The notes under the pieces were generated by a model. That model did not search any database, was not told the DNA's origin, and saw only the letters and a program-made list of their open reading frames with translations. 64,000 nucleotides of DNA from Octopus sinensis (taxonomy: Eukaryota). Positions 1 through 10,819 of the stretch are shown piece by piece; the stretch's first letter is position 1, and every line of letters begins with the position of its first letter. The stretch covers positions 70,060,001-70,124,000 of the forward strand of contig NC_042999.1 in NCBI RefSeq assembly GCF_006345805.1. Reading direction: 5' to 3'. The translations under genes and the position numbers were made by a program.

Positions 1-1108
1 GACTACAGTAATTGTGTCTTATAATTAAAAAATAGTTAAGTAGTTGCCCATCGTTATTTAATTCCAAAACGGTTCTGACCAAATGTCTTCCAGCCATTAC
101 CATCCGCGATTTTGTTTTGAAATATCATTTAGCACTTCCTTATGCAATGCATCCTTTTTTTTTAAAGACTGTTGGTTGTGATTCGGAGAATTCTAGCTGA
201 TTGCATGACCACTTACATACCTTGTCGTTGGCTCCTGTATATATTTTTTTTAGTATGGATGAAAAACTGCCCTTTGAATTTGGAAACTCGTTCGTTGTGT
301 CTGGTGGTGTCCTTATCATAAATAAAAATCATATCTTCTGGGAACGATATATGTTGACAGTTCTATTATTGTGTTCTAATTATATTTTTTTCCTGAAACT
401 GATTTTATTTTTCGTTCGTAAGAGAGAAACTCACTCAAGTTAAACACTTTTTTTTTTTGTCAATGAACCACATATTTCTGATATGTATTTCATATAATAT
501 TTTTCGAAGCTTGAATCATCTTCCACACATTTTACAGTCAGCATTTCACGGATTTTTGCTGCCCTCAACAAGCTAAAAGACAACCCAAAAACATATTCAG
601 AGTGTATGATATTCCTTCATTTATAATTTGTTGTCGAATGGCTTCCATTTCCCCAATAAAATTAGTTATATGACAGCAATGCCCTTTTTTTATATATATT
701 CCTTTATCTTTGCATGTCATTCCGGTGTAGATGAAAAAAAAAAACAATATTGAAAAACATTTCAACGACTCCATATTTCTTCATAATAACGTTGTACATA
801 TAGCCATATAGCAGTAACGGTTCTTATTGGCGTGGGTGTTGGTGGTACTTACAGTGGCTATAGTAGTGGTGTTGTGCAGTTAATATTCGTTCGCTTGCAT
901 ATGGAACAGTTGCCAGGCTAGCCTGAATGGTTTGACTGTTTGTTGTAAAAGTCTTTCAAATTCTAAGTTAAAAGTTTCACATTTTTTTCTTATCCGTTAT
1001 TGAAATTATTTCTTAATTGTTTCCTAATATTATCATCCAAAATTCTTCACATCCTATCAAGCACTATCTCTTATTTTAAACAATTTCCTTTAGATTCCTA
1101 CCATAAAG
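1..1108 (-). pseudogene. Degenerate, unidentified coding-like sequence
   Basis: Protein-like stretches in alternating minus frames (KKCETFNLEFERLLQQTVKPFRLAWQLFHMQANEY; ITNFIGEMEAIRQQIINEGISYT; LLRAAKIREMLTVKCVEDDSSFEKYYMKYISEICGSL), broken by stops and homopolymer frameshifts. Family not recognised. Confidence 0.25.
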
Positions 1109-1109
1109 T

Positions 1110-1155
<46 letters not shown>

Positions 1156-1201
1156 TGTTGTTGTTGTTGTTGTTGTTGCCTCTGTCGTCATCGTCGTCGT
1201 T
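1109..1201. repeat. Compound microsatellite (AGT)n(GTT)n(GTC)n
   Basis: Seen directly. Confidence 0.95.
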
Positions 1202-1310
1202 GTTCTCACGTAGCAGCCGAATTGAGAAAAAGATTTCCTACACAGTAGGGGAAATGATCCAGAATCGACCAACCTCTTATTGAAAATAACACATATAAAT
1301 AAAGTGGGAG

Positions 1311-1410
1311 TGAATAGAATGATAGAATATGTGAATAATAAAAGAGAGTGGTGAAAAGACGAATAGAATGATAGAATATGTGAATAGTAAAAGAGAGTGG
1401 TGAAAAGACG
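1311..1410. repeat. About 49-bp tandem duplication
   Basis: gaatagaatgatagaatatgtgaata(a/g)taaaagagagtggtgaaaagac occurs twice in tandem. Confidence 0.85.
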
Positions 1411-1689
1411 TTTACTTTGAAAGTTGATCAACCTTAATACGAGTTCTCACGTTAAAACGTGTATCCAATTTCTCAACGGAAAACCACCTTGGGTGCAATA
1501 AAATTTATGAATAATTCCAACATTTTGCCAACATATGTATTAATAATGGCCGCCGGTAATTTCGGCATAGGAATTAACTTTCAATTAATATTTCACATCC
1601 AGTTTACTTTTACAGATAGTTACTATAATACACATGGCTAAGTTTCACGCAAGCAGTATCAGCACAAATCTGTGTGTGTGTGTGTGTGT

Positions 1690-1794
1690 GGCAGAATTGC
1701 TAGCACGCCGTTCTGAGTTCAAATTCCTCCGAGATCGACTTTGCCTTTCATCCTTTCGGGAACGATAAATTAAGTGAAACACCGGGGTCGATGT
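1690..1794 (+). mobile_element. SINE family A fragment (tRNA-derived)
   Basis: Matches the gttctgagttcaaattcc...gactttgcctttcatcctttcgg core seen in many copies in this window. Confidence 0.75.
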
Positions 1795-2475
1795 GGCTTT
1801 GTTTAGGATGAGGATCTCCTTGTCAAGGGAGTCCCCACACACTATGGCCCCAAATCCTTCTGCCACGGTACTATCTAGAGTCACATGCGATGTCAAGAAG
1901 ATGGGTTGCAACGGAATGCCGCTAGCTCCAATGTCATTAGAGCTACGCCTTTCTAGCCAGTCCGTCTGGCATCGCCCTCTTTTGCTAGGATCAATCGTTG
2001 AGTTCGGAGATCTAGCTTTGTCCGCTTGATCCACCGTTGGGGTCTTGGTTTGGTGTGGTGAGGGACAAGGACAGCGCTCCTGTGCCCTTGTTTGAACAGA
2101 TCTTGTTTTTAGTTCTGATGGGTACCCTCACACCCTCCTCCAAGATCCAGCAAGCTGAACCAAGAGGGGAGCCGGTTTAGCTGCCGACGATCCGACCATG
2201 ACTGAGAGAAGCAGGAGTACAAGGTTACCCGTTAGCTGGTTTCTTCTTGATCCAACTCTTCTTTTCCCTTTTTTGTTCTTTTTTTCTCTCTACAAAAGTC
2301 CAACGGCGATGGGGTAAGGATGGTGGGAGCAGGTTTGGTTTTGTTATTTCGAAGCGTTATCTCGTAAAGTGATTTAAAGTATACCAACAACATAGACAAA
2401 CGCTGCAGTCATTGAGATGCAAGTACCAGTGTGTATTGGCAACTTGTGGTTAGTAATTAAATCAAAATGTATGAA

Positions 2476-2800
2476 TGCGCGTGGCTTAGTGGTTAGGGTA
2501 TTCGGCCCATGATCGTAAGGTCGTGAGTTCGATTCCTGAGGGCATGTTGTGTCCTTGAGCAAGACACGTTATTTCGCGTCGCTCAAGTCCGCTCAGCTGG
2601 CAAAAATGAGTAGTACCTGTATTTCAAAAGGCCAGCTTTGTCACATTTTGTGTCACGCTGAATTTCCCTGAGAACTACGTTAAAGGTATGCGTGTCTGTG
2701 GAGTGGTCAGCTACTTGCACATTAATTATATAAGCAGGCTGTTCCACCGGTCGGATCAACTGGAGCCTCGTTATCGTAACCGACGGGGTGTCAGTTTTAA
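2476..2800 (+). mobile_element. tRNA-headed SINE, family C-related, tail type 1
   Basis: A-box/B-box-like head (tggcttagtggttagg...gagttcgattcc); the tail matches 30770-30960. Confidence 0.75.
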
Positions 2801-2945
2801 TTGAAAATGTCGTCCATGCAGGAATTTAATGTACTTATGAAGTCTGAATATAATTAGTCCTTTTTCCAGTTACAAATATCGCTGCTGATGTGCATTCAAT
2901 GCTTTAGATGAGTAATCCAGATTTTCACGTTGAAACTGAGATACA

Positions 2946-2975
2946 TACGAGGGTGAGTCAAAAGTAATGCCATTT
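2946..2975 (+). mobile_element. Mariner-type TIR fragment
   Basis: TACGAGGG start, resembling the MITE ends at 19272 and 49583. Confidence 0.4.
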
Positions 2976-3120
2976 TGTTACTATAGAGCATAGATACTAT
3001 AGAGCATAGATAACGGAGATCTATTAAATGCTTTCAACCAGTTCATCACGAATAGATTTGAACATTACAGGATTGATTACTACAACTTCTAAATTTTGAT
3101 GGTTCAATTTCACTTTTACT

Positions 3121-3280
3121 CACATTATTTACATTTGACGGATATTTGTCCTCATCTTGCTTGTTGTTAACACAACGTTTCGGCTGATATACTCTCCTTC
3201 CTTCATAAGGCGTCTTGGGGAAATTTCGAACCTGGGTTCTCATTCCTAAGGTATTTTTCGATGTTATTATTATGATTATG

Positions 3281-3339
<59 letters not shown>

Positions 3340-3375
3340 CATTATTATTATCATTATTATTATTATTACTACTAC

Positions 3376-3450
<75 letters not shown>

Positions 3451-3570
3451 TACTACTACTACTACTACTATTATTATTATTATTATTGTTATTATTATTA
3501 TTATTATTATTATCATTATTATTATTATTATTATTATTATTCAGATCACTGCCTGGAATCAAACTCGGAA
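3121..3570 (-). mobile_element. SINE: tRNA B-box fragment + (AAT)n + tail with degenerate hammerhead motif
   Basis: Minus strand reads attccgagtttgattccaggcagtgatctga, then (AAT)n, then a tail with ...CAGCC GAAACGTT GTGT at 3170-3213. The same tail occurs at 28457-28600 and 28640-28780. Confidence 0.7.
3255..3540. repeat. (ATT)n/(ACT)n microsatellite
   Basis: Seen directly; source of the poly-I and poly-N ORFs. Confidence 0.95.
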
Positions 3571-4928
3571 TGACAATATCCGGCAGATGGTGTTCGATTA
3601 CACGATCCGTCTGAAAATCATAGTCCCAGAGTATCGTTACTTTTCCATAATTATCCTCCTGCATAACTTTACTTGATACATACATGTTCATACCAGTTCT
3701 CTGTTACTTCGTATTAGTTATTTACGGCATAAGAGCCAATGAAGATACACACACACTTTATCGTTGCGGCGCCTGTATTCTTTTTGTGCAAGGCTCTCAC
3801 ATCCACTTACCAAGTAGGTCACATTTTCCACACTCTTTCAACAGAATCTGCATTTCTGGTTATCAGAAGTTTTATAGATGTTATACTTCACTGACTTGGT
3901 AACGAAAGCCTAGTCTTGTGCAGCAATGATCAGGCACACTTCAAATCACCTCGCTCAACCCAAGCTCACAATGCTGTATTATCCTTAACGTCCTGTGCAT
4001 TCCTTTCAAATTGTCCATGCTTTCTCGTTTCAAGGTCTTTCTCTTCTCCTCAGGTCTTTGGTTAACTCTTCCTTGCCCATCATTTCATCTGCATTTACGT
4101 TCATATCTTTCGCGGCATATTGCAACATGTTTTCATCACTATTTATCAAATACTCAGCAAGCATTCTCCTTTCACTCCTTATACAATGGTCTATACTAAT
4201 TAGTCCTCTGCCACCATTCTTTCTTTTCAAATACACTCTGTTTACGTTTGCTTTAGAGTGAGCGCTCCATGCAACGTCATCAACTTTCCCGTCCTTCTAT
4301 CCAGTGTTGATATTTCCTCCTTAGTCCACTAGAGAGGATGGACACACTATATCTGACCAGTGCAACTGCCCAGATATTCATTGCGGTAATCAACTTTTTG
4401 GCATTCAGGTTAGATTTCAACACCATCTTCATCCCTTTTTGATACGCCTCGCTGACTTTGGCTTTCATTTCTCTGTGTAGAATGTCATCCAGCTCCAACA
4501 TCCTTTAATATCTATACTCACTACCGTCGGGTTCACCCATGGTCTCTGCTGGTGGTAACCGCAATCCTCTGCAGGCTGCTTTTTTCCCTCTTCTCATGTT
4601 AAGTACTGAGCATTTGGTAATCCCAAATTCCAAATCGATATCCCTACAACATTTCTGGACTGTTTTGGTAAAGGGATCTACCTATTTTTCAGATTTTCTA
4701 AACAATTTCAGGTCATCCATAAACATAGGCTGCTTTAATGATGGGCTTTTCTTCCCACATCGGTAACCCATCTTAACTTACCTAAGTGTCATTGTTATGG
4801 ATATTAGTGAAATTACAAACAGTAACGAGAAAACGAGTCACCTTGGAAGATACCCCTTTTAATATTCACTTCTCCAAGGAATACATTACTTGAGTACAAT
4901 TTGGTTTTCCACTCTTTTATGCTATGCA
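3571..4928 (-). mobile_element. R4/Dong-type non-LTR retrotransposon fragment (RT to start of restriction-like endonuclease), degenerate
   Basis: IKRGIFQGDSFS; FMDDLKLF (4712-4723); YLKRKNGGRGL; TILWDYDFQTDRVIEHHLPDIVI. Many stops and frameshifts. Confidence 0.85.
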
Positions 4929-4967
<39 letters not shown>

Positions 4968-4968
4968 C

Positions 4969-5577
4969 ATTCAGTAGTTTTATTTTTATAGCGTGCTTTC
5001 ACTTCACTACCGAGCGCAGCTCTGTGTGCCTTAGGTATGTGCTGTGATTTGTTGTGATGCTCTGATGGTTATTGTATGGAAAGTGTTCTGCGTAGGATGT
5101 GTGCAGTGCCTAGTAGTGCAATTTTCTGTATGTTATATGTGTTTGTAAGTCCTCGTGTTTTTGTTATGTATTTGTCTGAATATTTTTTTATCATGCCTAA
5201 TGCGCCTACTATGATAGGAATTGTTTCTGTTTTTAGATTCCACATTCTGGTTACCTCTATTTCCAGGTCTTTGTATTTTGAAAGTTTCTCCATTTCTTTT
5301 AGAGACAGGTTGTCATCTGCCGGTATTGATACATCAATTAGAAAGCATTTTTTTCTTCATGATCTCTGACAACTATATCTGGTCTGTTGGCCTTAATTTC
5401 TCTATCTGTGTGTATCGGCATATCCCAGAGTATGGTTGCTTTCTCGTTTTCTGTGACCTTTTCTGGTGTGTGCCTATACCATCTTTTTTCTGTTGTTATT
5501 CCATAATGTTGGCATAGCTTCCAGTGTATGTAGGTTCCAACTTTGTCATGTCTGTGAATATATTCCTTCTTAGCTAG
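4969..5577 (-). mobile_element. R4/Dong-type 3' fragment (RLE endonuclease + 3' UTR) flanked by (TAA)n on both sides
   Basis: RHDKVGTYIHWKLC...ILWDMPIHTDREIKANRPDIVV...FLIDVSIP...EKLSKYKDL...LLGTAHILRRTLSIQ*, with one poly-A frameshift. Confidence 0.9.
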
Positions 5578-6052
5578 GTATTATTATTATTATTCATTCT
5601 ATTCATCATGTACGCGTACGTGTGTATTCGCCATTATTTTATTTATTTTATTCAATTTTAGAGAAATTGAAGCATGTCTTTGACAATTCTGGGCATATTG
5701 AACTTATGTGCGTGAATTTTTGGCCCACCATGTATAAGATTTTCTTTCCTTCTTAAGAGCCTAATATTTAATTTATTAAGTTTTCCGCTTCATGACCAAT
5801 CCACGAAAGTAAATAGACAGATGTCTCATTGGTCGTTCCATTGCAAGAGAGAGAGAGTCATCTTGCTTGGAGTCAAATTTAAATTTGGTAGGGTAGAGCA
5901 CACATTTATCTTGTTTAATTTAGGATCCTTAATGTTCGTATTCAACAATAAAATCTTCAATATTCGTATATAACTATTGCGATTTCCTTTAATTTCATCA
6001 GTACAAGATAACTGAGAACTTCGTAATTAGACAATATTATTCTTTAATTATG

Positions 6053-6360
6053 TGGAGGCACATGGTCTAGTGGTTAGAGCAGCGGGCTCGCGGTCGAAGG
6101 ATCGCGGGTTCGAATCTCAGACAGGGCGATGTGTGTGTTTATGAGCGAAATACCTAAGCTCCACATGGCTCCGGCAGAAGGTAATGGCGAACTCATGCTG
6201 ACTCTTTCTCCACAACTTTCTCTCACTCTTTTCTCCTGCATCTTGCAGCTCACCTGCGACGGACCGGCGTCCCGTCCAGGTGGGGAACCTATACACCAAG
6301 GAAACCGGGAAGCCGGCCCTTATGAGCCAGGCGTGGCTCGAGAAGGAACAACAACAACAA
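6053..6360 (+). mobile_element. SINE family C, tail type 3
   Basis: tRNA-like head ggaggcacatggtctagtggttagagc...gggttcgaatc; ends in (AAC)n. Confidence 0.8.
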
Positions 6361-6736
6361 CATTCTTAAATTACACTATAAGATATTGTTGCTAAAGAAG
6401 AAAAAGAGAAAGGAAAAAAATATTTTTAGCAACAACGAAAAATAAGATATACAAAAACATTTCACTGAAAGTTTTTTTTCCTTGTCCCAATTTGTTAGTT
6501 GTGAAGAAGAAAAGTTAGAGACAGAAGTGGAATTAGTTTTCATCAGTCCTGTGAGAATATCCATCGAGGCAATAATCAATCAATCATAACCGCGTGCATC
6601 AATTATGCTGGTTGTAAGGGGGAAACGTTCAATTCCGTTTTCAGTGTTATGCACGTACATCTGTGTGTGGAGTGAACGGCAATCTCTCCGATGAAATATG
6701 ATCACAACCAATTTCTCTTTCTCTCTCTCTCTCTGC

Positions 6737-6789
<53 letters not shown>

Positions 6790-6837
6790 GTGTGTGTGTG
6801 TGTGTGTATGTATATATATGTGTGTGTGCGTGTAGAT

Positions 6838-7390
6838 CGCAATGGCCCAGTGGTTGGGGCAGCGGACTCGCGGTTGTAGGATCGCGGTGAGCTGGCAGTG
6901 AGCTGGCAGAAGCGTTAGCACCCCGGGCGAAATGCGTAGCCGTATTTCGTCTGCCGTTACGTTCTGAGTTAAAATCCGTCAAGGTCGACTTTGCCTTTCA
7001 TCCTTTCGGGGTCGATAAATTAAGTACCAGTTACGCACTGGGGTCGATGTAATCGACTTAATCCGTTTGTCTGTCCTTGTTTGTCTCCTCTGTGTTTAGC
7101 CCCTTGTGGGTAATAAAGAAATAGGTTGTAGGATCGCGGTTTCGATTCCCGGACAGGTCGTTGTGAGAGTTTATTGATCGAAAACACCTAAAGCTCCACG
7201 AGGCTCCGACAGGGGGTGGGGTGGCGATCCCTGCCGTACTCTTTCGCCACAAGTTTCTCCCCCTCTTTCTTCTGTTGGCCTGCTCGCTTAGCCAGTGGGG
7301 TGGCGTCATTTGAAGGCTAAAGCAATGCGAAGCGCATTGTGACCAGCGGTGTGTAGCAACATCTGATAGCCTGGTCGGTCACGGTGATAT
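6838..7390 (+). mobile_element. SINE family C (tail type 2) interrupted by a SINE family A copy (about 6896-7125)
   Basis: The C head stops at taggatcgcggt (about 6890) and resumes with taggatcgcggtttcgattccc (about 7129). Confidence 0.75.
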
Positions 7391-7396
7391 ATATAT

Positions 7397-7432
<36 letters not shown>

Positions 7433-7439
7433 GGTTAGC

Positions 7440-7781
7440 AATAAAGTCACTATACAGTTACTTATAAAAATGTAAATATGTTTGCAAATTGTTTTTGTTA
7501 CATGTTATTCTTTTATCTGAATACCTCTATTTTAATAAATGTTGCTTACTGCAAGTTATGGATTATTCTTTTATGACTTCATTGCTTTCAGCCTTAGCTT
7601 AAGGTATTTTTGCGCCCGATATTACAAAAGGCGTCTGACTAAACATTGCCGGACAGCAAATAGAGACTCGGACATTTCTTAGAAAATATTTTTCATTTTA
7701 AACCTCGTATATAGTACGCACTAGGGATTTTGACCTTTAAATTTCGGGGAAAAAATGTAGATTATACTCGTGGATTTACGG
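7440..7781. mobile_element. One-ended copy of the pogo/Tc2-like MITE at 39207-39712
   Basis: Shares internal sequence and the terminal gattatactcg(t/a)ggatttacgg-TA. Confidence 0.7.
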
Positions 7782-7815
7782 TATACGTGTGCATGCGCGT
7801 GTGTGTTTGGGTGCA

Positions 7816-7862
<47 letters not shown>

Positions 7863-8239
7863 TGTATGCGCGCGTCTACGCATATACATTAAGATGATTC
7901 TTTCCCTTAGATAAGACAGAGTTGGAAAATCAGGCATGTTCAAGGTATGCAACTCTTGTTTACTTCAGCTGTCATGTTTTTAGATTGCTCTAATTTTCGT
8001 TCATTTTCATATGTGATTTTTTTTTTACTCTTCCTTCGCCTACAGGAATAAACAATATGATATGCAAATTTTATGCAAAAATATAAATGAAAGGGTGTTG
8101 GACTGACCATATTAGTAACATGTGATATTTAGTTTTCATCTTCTACTTTCTGAGACCTTGTCGATAGAATAAAACTGTTGTCATGTACTGGAGTCGGTAG
8201 AAGCGATTAAACCCATTCCGGAAATTTATACTCTCCCTT

Positions 8240-8440
8240 TTTCTCTTTTACTTGTGTCAGTCTTTTGACTGTGGCCATGCTGGATCACCGCCTTTAGTCG
8301 AACAAATCGACCCCCAGGACTTATTCTTTGTAAGCCTAGTACTTATTCTATCGGTCTGTTTTACAGAACCGTTAAGTTACGGGGACGTAAACACACCAGC
8401 ATCGGTTGTCAATCGATGTTGGGGGGACAAACACAGACAC

Positions 8441-8491
<51 letters not shown>

Positions 8492-8632
8492 GCATATATA
8501 TGTATGTATATATGTATGTGCATATATATATATGTATATATATACATGTATATATATACATGTATATATATACATGTATATATATACATGTATATATATA
8601 TATATGTATATATATATATGTAATATATATAT

Positions 8633-8679
<47 letters not shown>

Positions 8680-9362
8680 AATTAATAATAAAACATATGC
8701 ATATATACATACATATATGTACGTACCTACCTCTACATGTATATATACATGCATATATGGGTACAGGACACCAAAATAACGTCGAACACAATGAGAAATG
8801 AATACATAAACACAAAACCAAGGAACTGGACATTTTTCTTAAACAACGAAAAAATAGAGTACACGACAAATAACACAAGGAAAATTCCCCTTCTTCAGTC
8901 GCCATGGTTTCATCTACTCTGCGTTTCGAAGGTGAAGTCGATACGCATCTTCGATAGAAACTTTCCTTCCCGCGAAAAGCAAATTAAATAAAATTTGAGA
9001 TCTTTTTGCGGAGGGGTAAAAATGGTAACAAAAAACAGGACAGTAACGACAGTACAAAATATAAACAGTAAAAGACAGGACAAGGAGAATAACAAGACAA
9101 GAAGGGCTGTTAAGCCGAGCGAGATAAAGTATTACGAACGCTATTTTTGAGAACGGCGAAGGAGCAACGGAAAATGCCGTCTACACTTCAAGATATATAT
9201 ATATATACGATGTGCTTCTTTCAGTTTCTGTCCACCAAATCCACTCACAAGGCTCTAGTCGGCCCGATACTATAGCAGAAGACACTTGCGCAGGGCGCCA
9301 CGCAGTGGGACTGAAACCGGAACCATGTGCTTGGTAATCAAGCTGCTTACCTCACAGTCACT
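8240..9362 (-). mobile_element. SINE family B split by an expanded (TA)n/(TATG)n and a nested repeat (about 8757-9190)
   Basis: 3' half at 8240-8440 and 5' half at 9205-9362. The nested repeat recurs at 45225-45630. Confidence 0.75.
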
Positions 9363-9520
9363 CCTTATAGTTTTGTTTTGTTTTGTTTTCGATTTTTCTT
9401 CTCTTTTCTTTTGCATCTTTCTGCATTCTGAGGTCAAACCTGCTTCTCTCCTCAAACGTGTAAGGGAGTAAATTTGGTTGAATCGAAACCCACTAATTAC
9501 TGGTTCTTATTCTAACTCAC

Positions 9521-9574
9521 TTGTTACGATCATATCACAGCGGGATTTGACGATGGGAATATTGAGGAACGATA
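9521..9574 (-). CDS. Candidate host-gene exon (54 bp, phase 1-1)
   Basis: ttcttaatattttag|...|gtgagt; open frame SFLNIPIVKSRCDMIVT; no recognisable domain. Confidence 0.3.
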
Positions 9575-10819
9575 CTAAAATATTAAGAATCTTAATTACA
9601 TGTCACTATACTATTTTCTATTAATTGAGATTATCTTATCTGCCTCCTTTTCACTTCTTGAAAGAACTACATTAATACTAATGTTTATTCCTTTTTTTTT
9701 TCTTCTTCAGTATTTGTGTAATTTTAAACTGTAATTATAACATTTGTCATCATATAAAAATTGGCTCACTCCATCGATATATATATATCCTGCACTCAAC
9801 TGTATGTCTTTTATGCAGAAGGCGTCGCAGAGAAAATCTCCCATCATATTATTTCAAACGGCCTAGTCAGTGAATCTTTTTCAATCTGAACATATATCTT
9901 CTCGGTACTGCGATTAGATGTTTGTTGCTTTTTTCTTTGTTTGTTTTCTTTTTGTTTTTGTCTTTTGTTTTCACTCAGGAGGTCTAATAACACTGAAACT
10001 TACCCACGGTTATCCCTGGGCTTGCTAAAGGTCAGAATTCACTTGTCTGTATCTTCCCAGCTATACAATTTGTAATCAATTTGTAATTCGGATTTCTCTC
10101 CCTTACATTTCTTCACAAAATTTAACATTAAGGCTGATGATTACGTTTACATTACGAGTGTTACTTTAATTTATTAACATTGGGGACGGATTCAGTAACA
10201 CATTATCTATGTTAGGCTCCACAAAACTAAAGATTACAGTGAGTTAAATAGATGCAGTTATGGCTTTGCACGTACACAAGATTCCAGGTTCAATCGAACA
10301 GCGTGGTTCCTAGAGCACATTCTTCGTTTATAGCTACGTTTTTGGCACAGCCGTTTTGGCGCCGCATATATATATATATATATGTGTGTGTGTATATGTA
10401 TATATAACAAAGTGGAGTTGTAAGGTACCGCACGAGTGGAATTATATATGAAAGAAGGTTTGAAAATGCAATTTTAAAAGATGTTTATTCACTTGACCGG
10501 TTTCACTTTTTTAGAAAAAGATTGTCAAAAGTAACATGTATATATATATATATATATATATATATGGCGTCGCTGAATCGATGCTGACTTCATTGTTAAC
10601 TTTCATTGTTAACTAAAAAAGTTAACAATGAAATCATAACTGACATTTATTATAAACCAACTGACTCAAAACAATATCTTCTTCGATATATAAAAAATTA
10701 TATTAAAACCATGTAAGTGTGCGTATTTTCCTTTTTTAATTTCTTATATACATTACAACCCACCACGTGGGGACAACCGAAATTCCTCTTTTCTGTTACT
10801 ACTATAAATATATATATAT

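Noticed and set aside
3060-3115. Thrombospondin-like exon (SKFRSCSNQSC)
   Set aside because: It is read through from a SINE tail, with no credible acceptor and only a weak donor.
6053-6125. tRNA genes at SINE heads (also 30768-31160, 43005 and others)
   Set aside because: They have A/B boxes but no complete cloverleaf or acceptor stem, and they continue into SINE bodies.
8885-8945. Type II/III hammerhead in the repeat at 8757-9190 / 45225-45630 (GAAAC...CTGAAGA on minus)
   Set aside because: Both core halves are present, but stem I does not close and stem II needs several G.U pairs.
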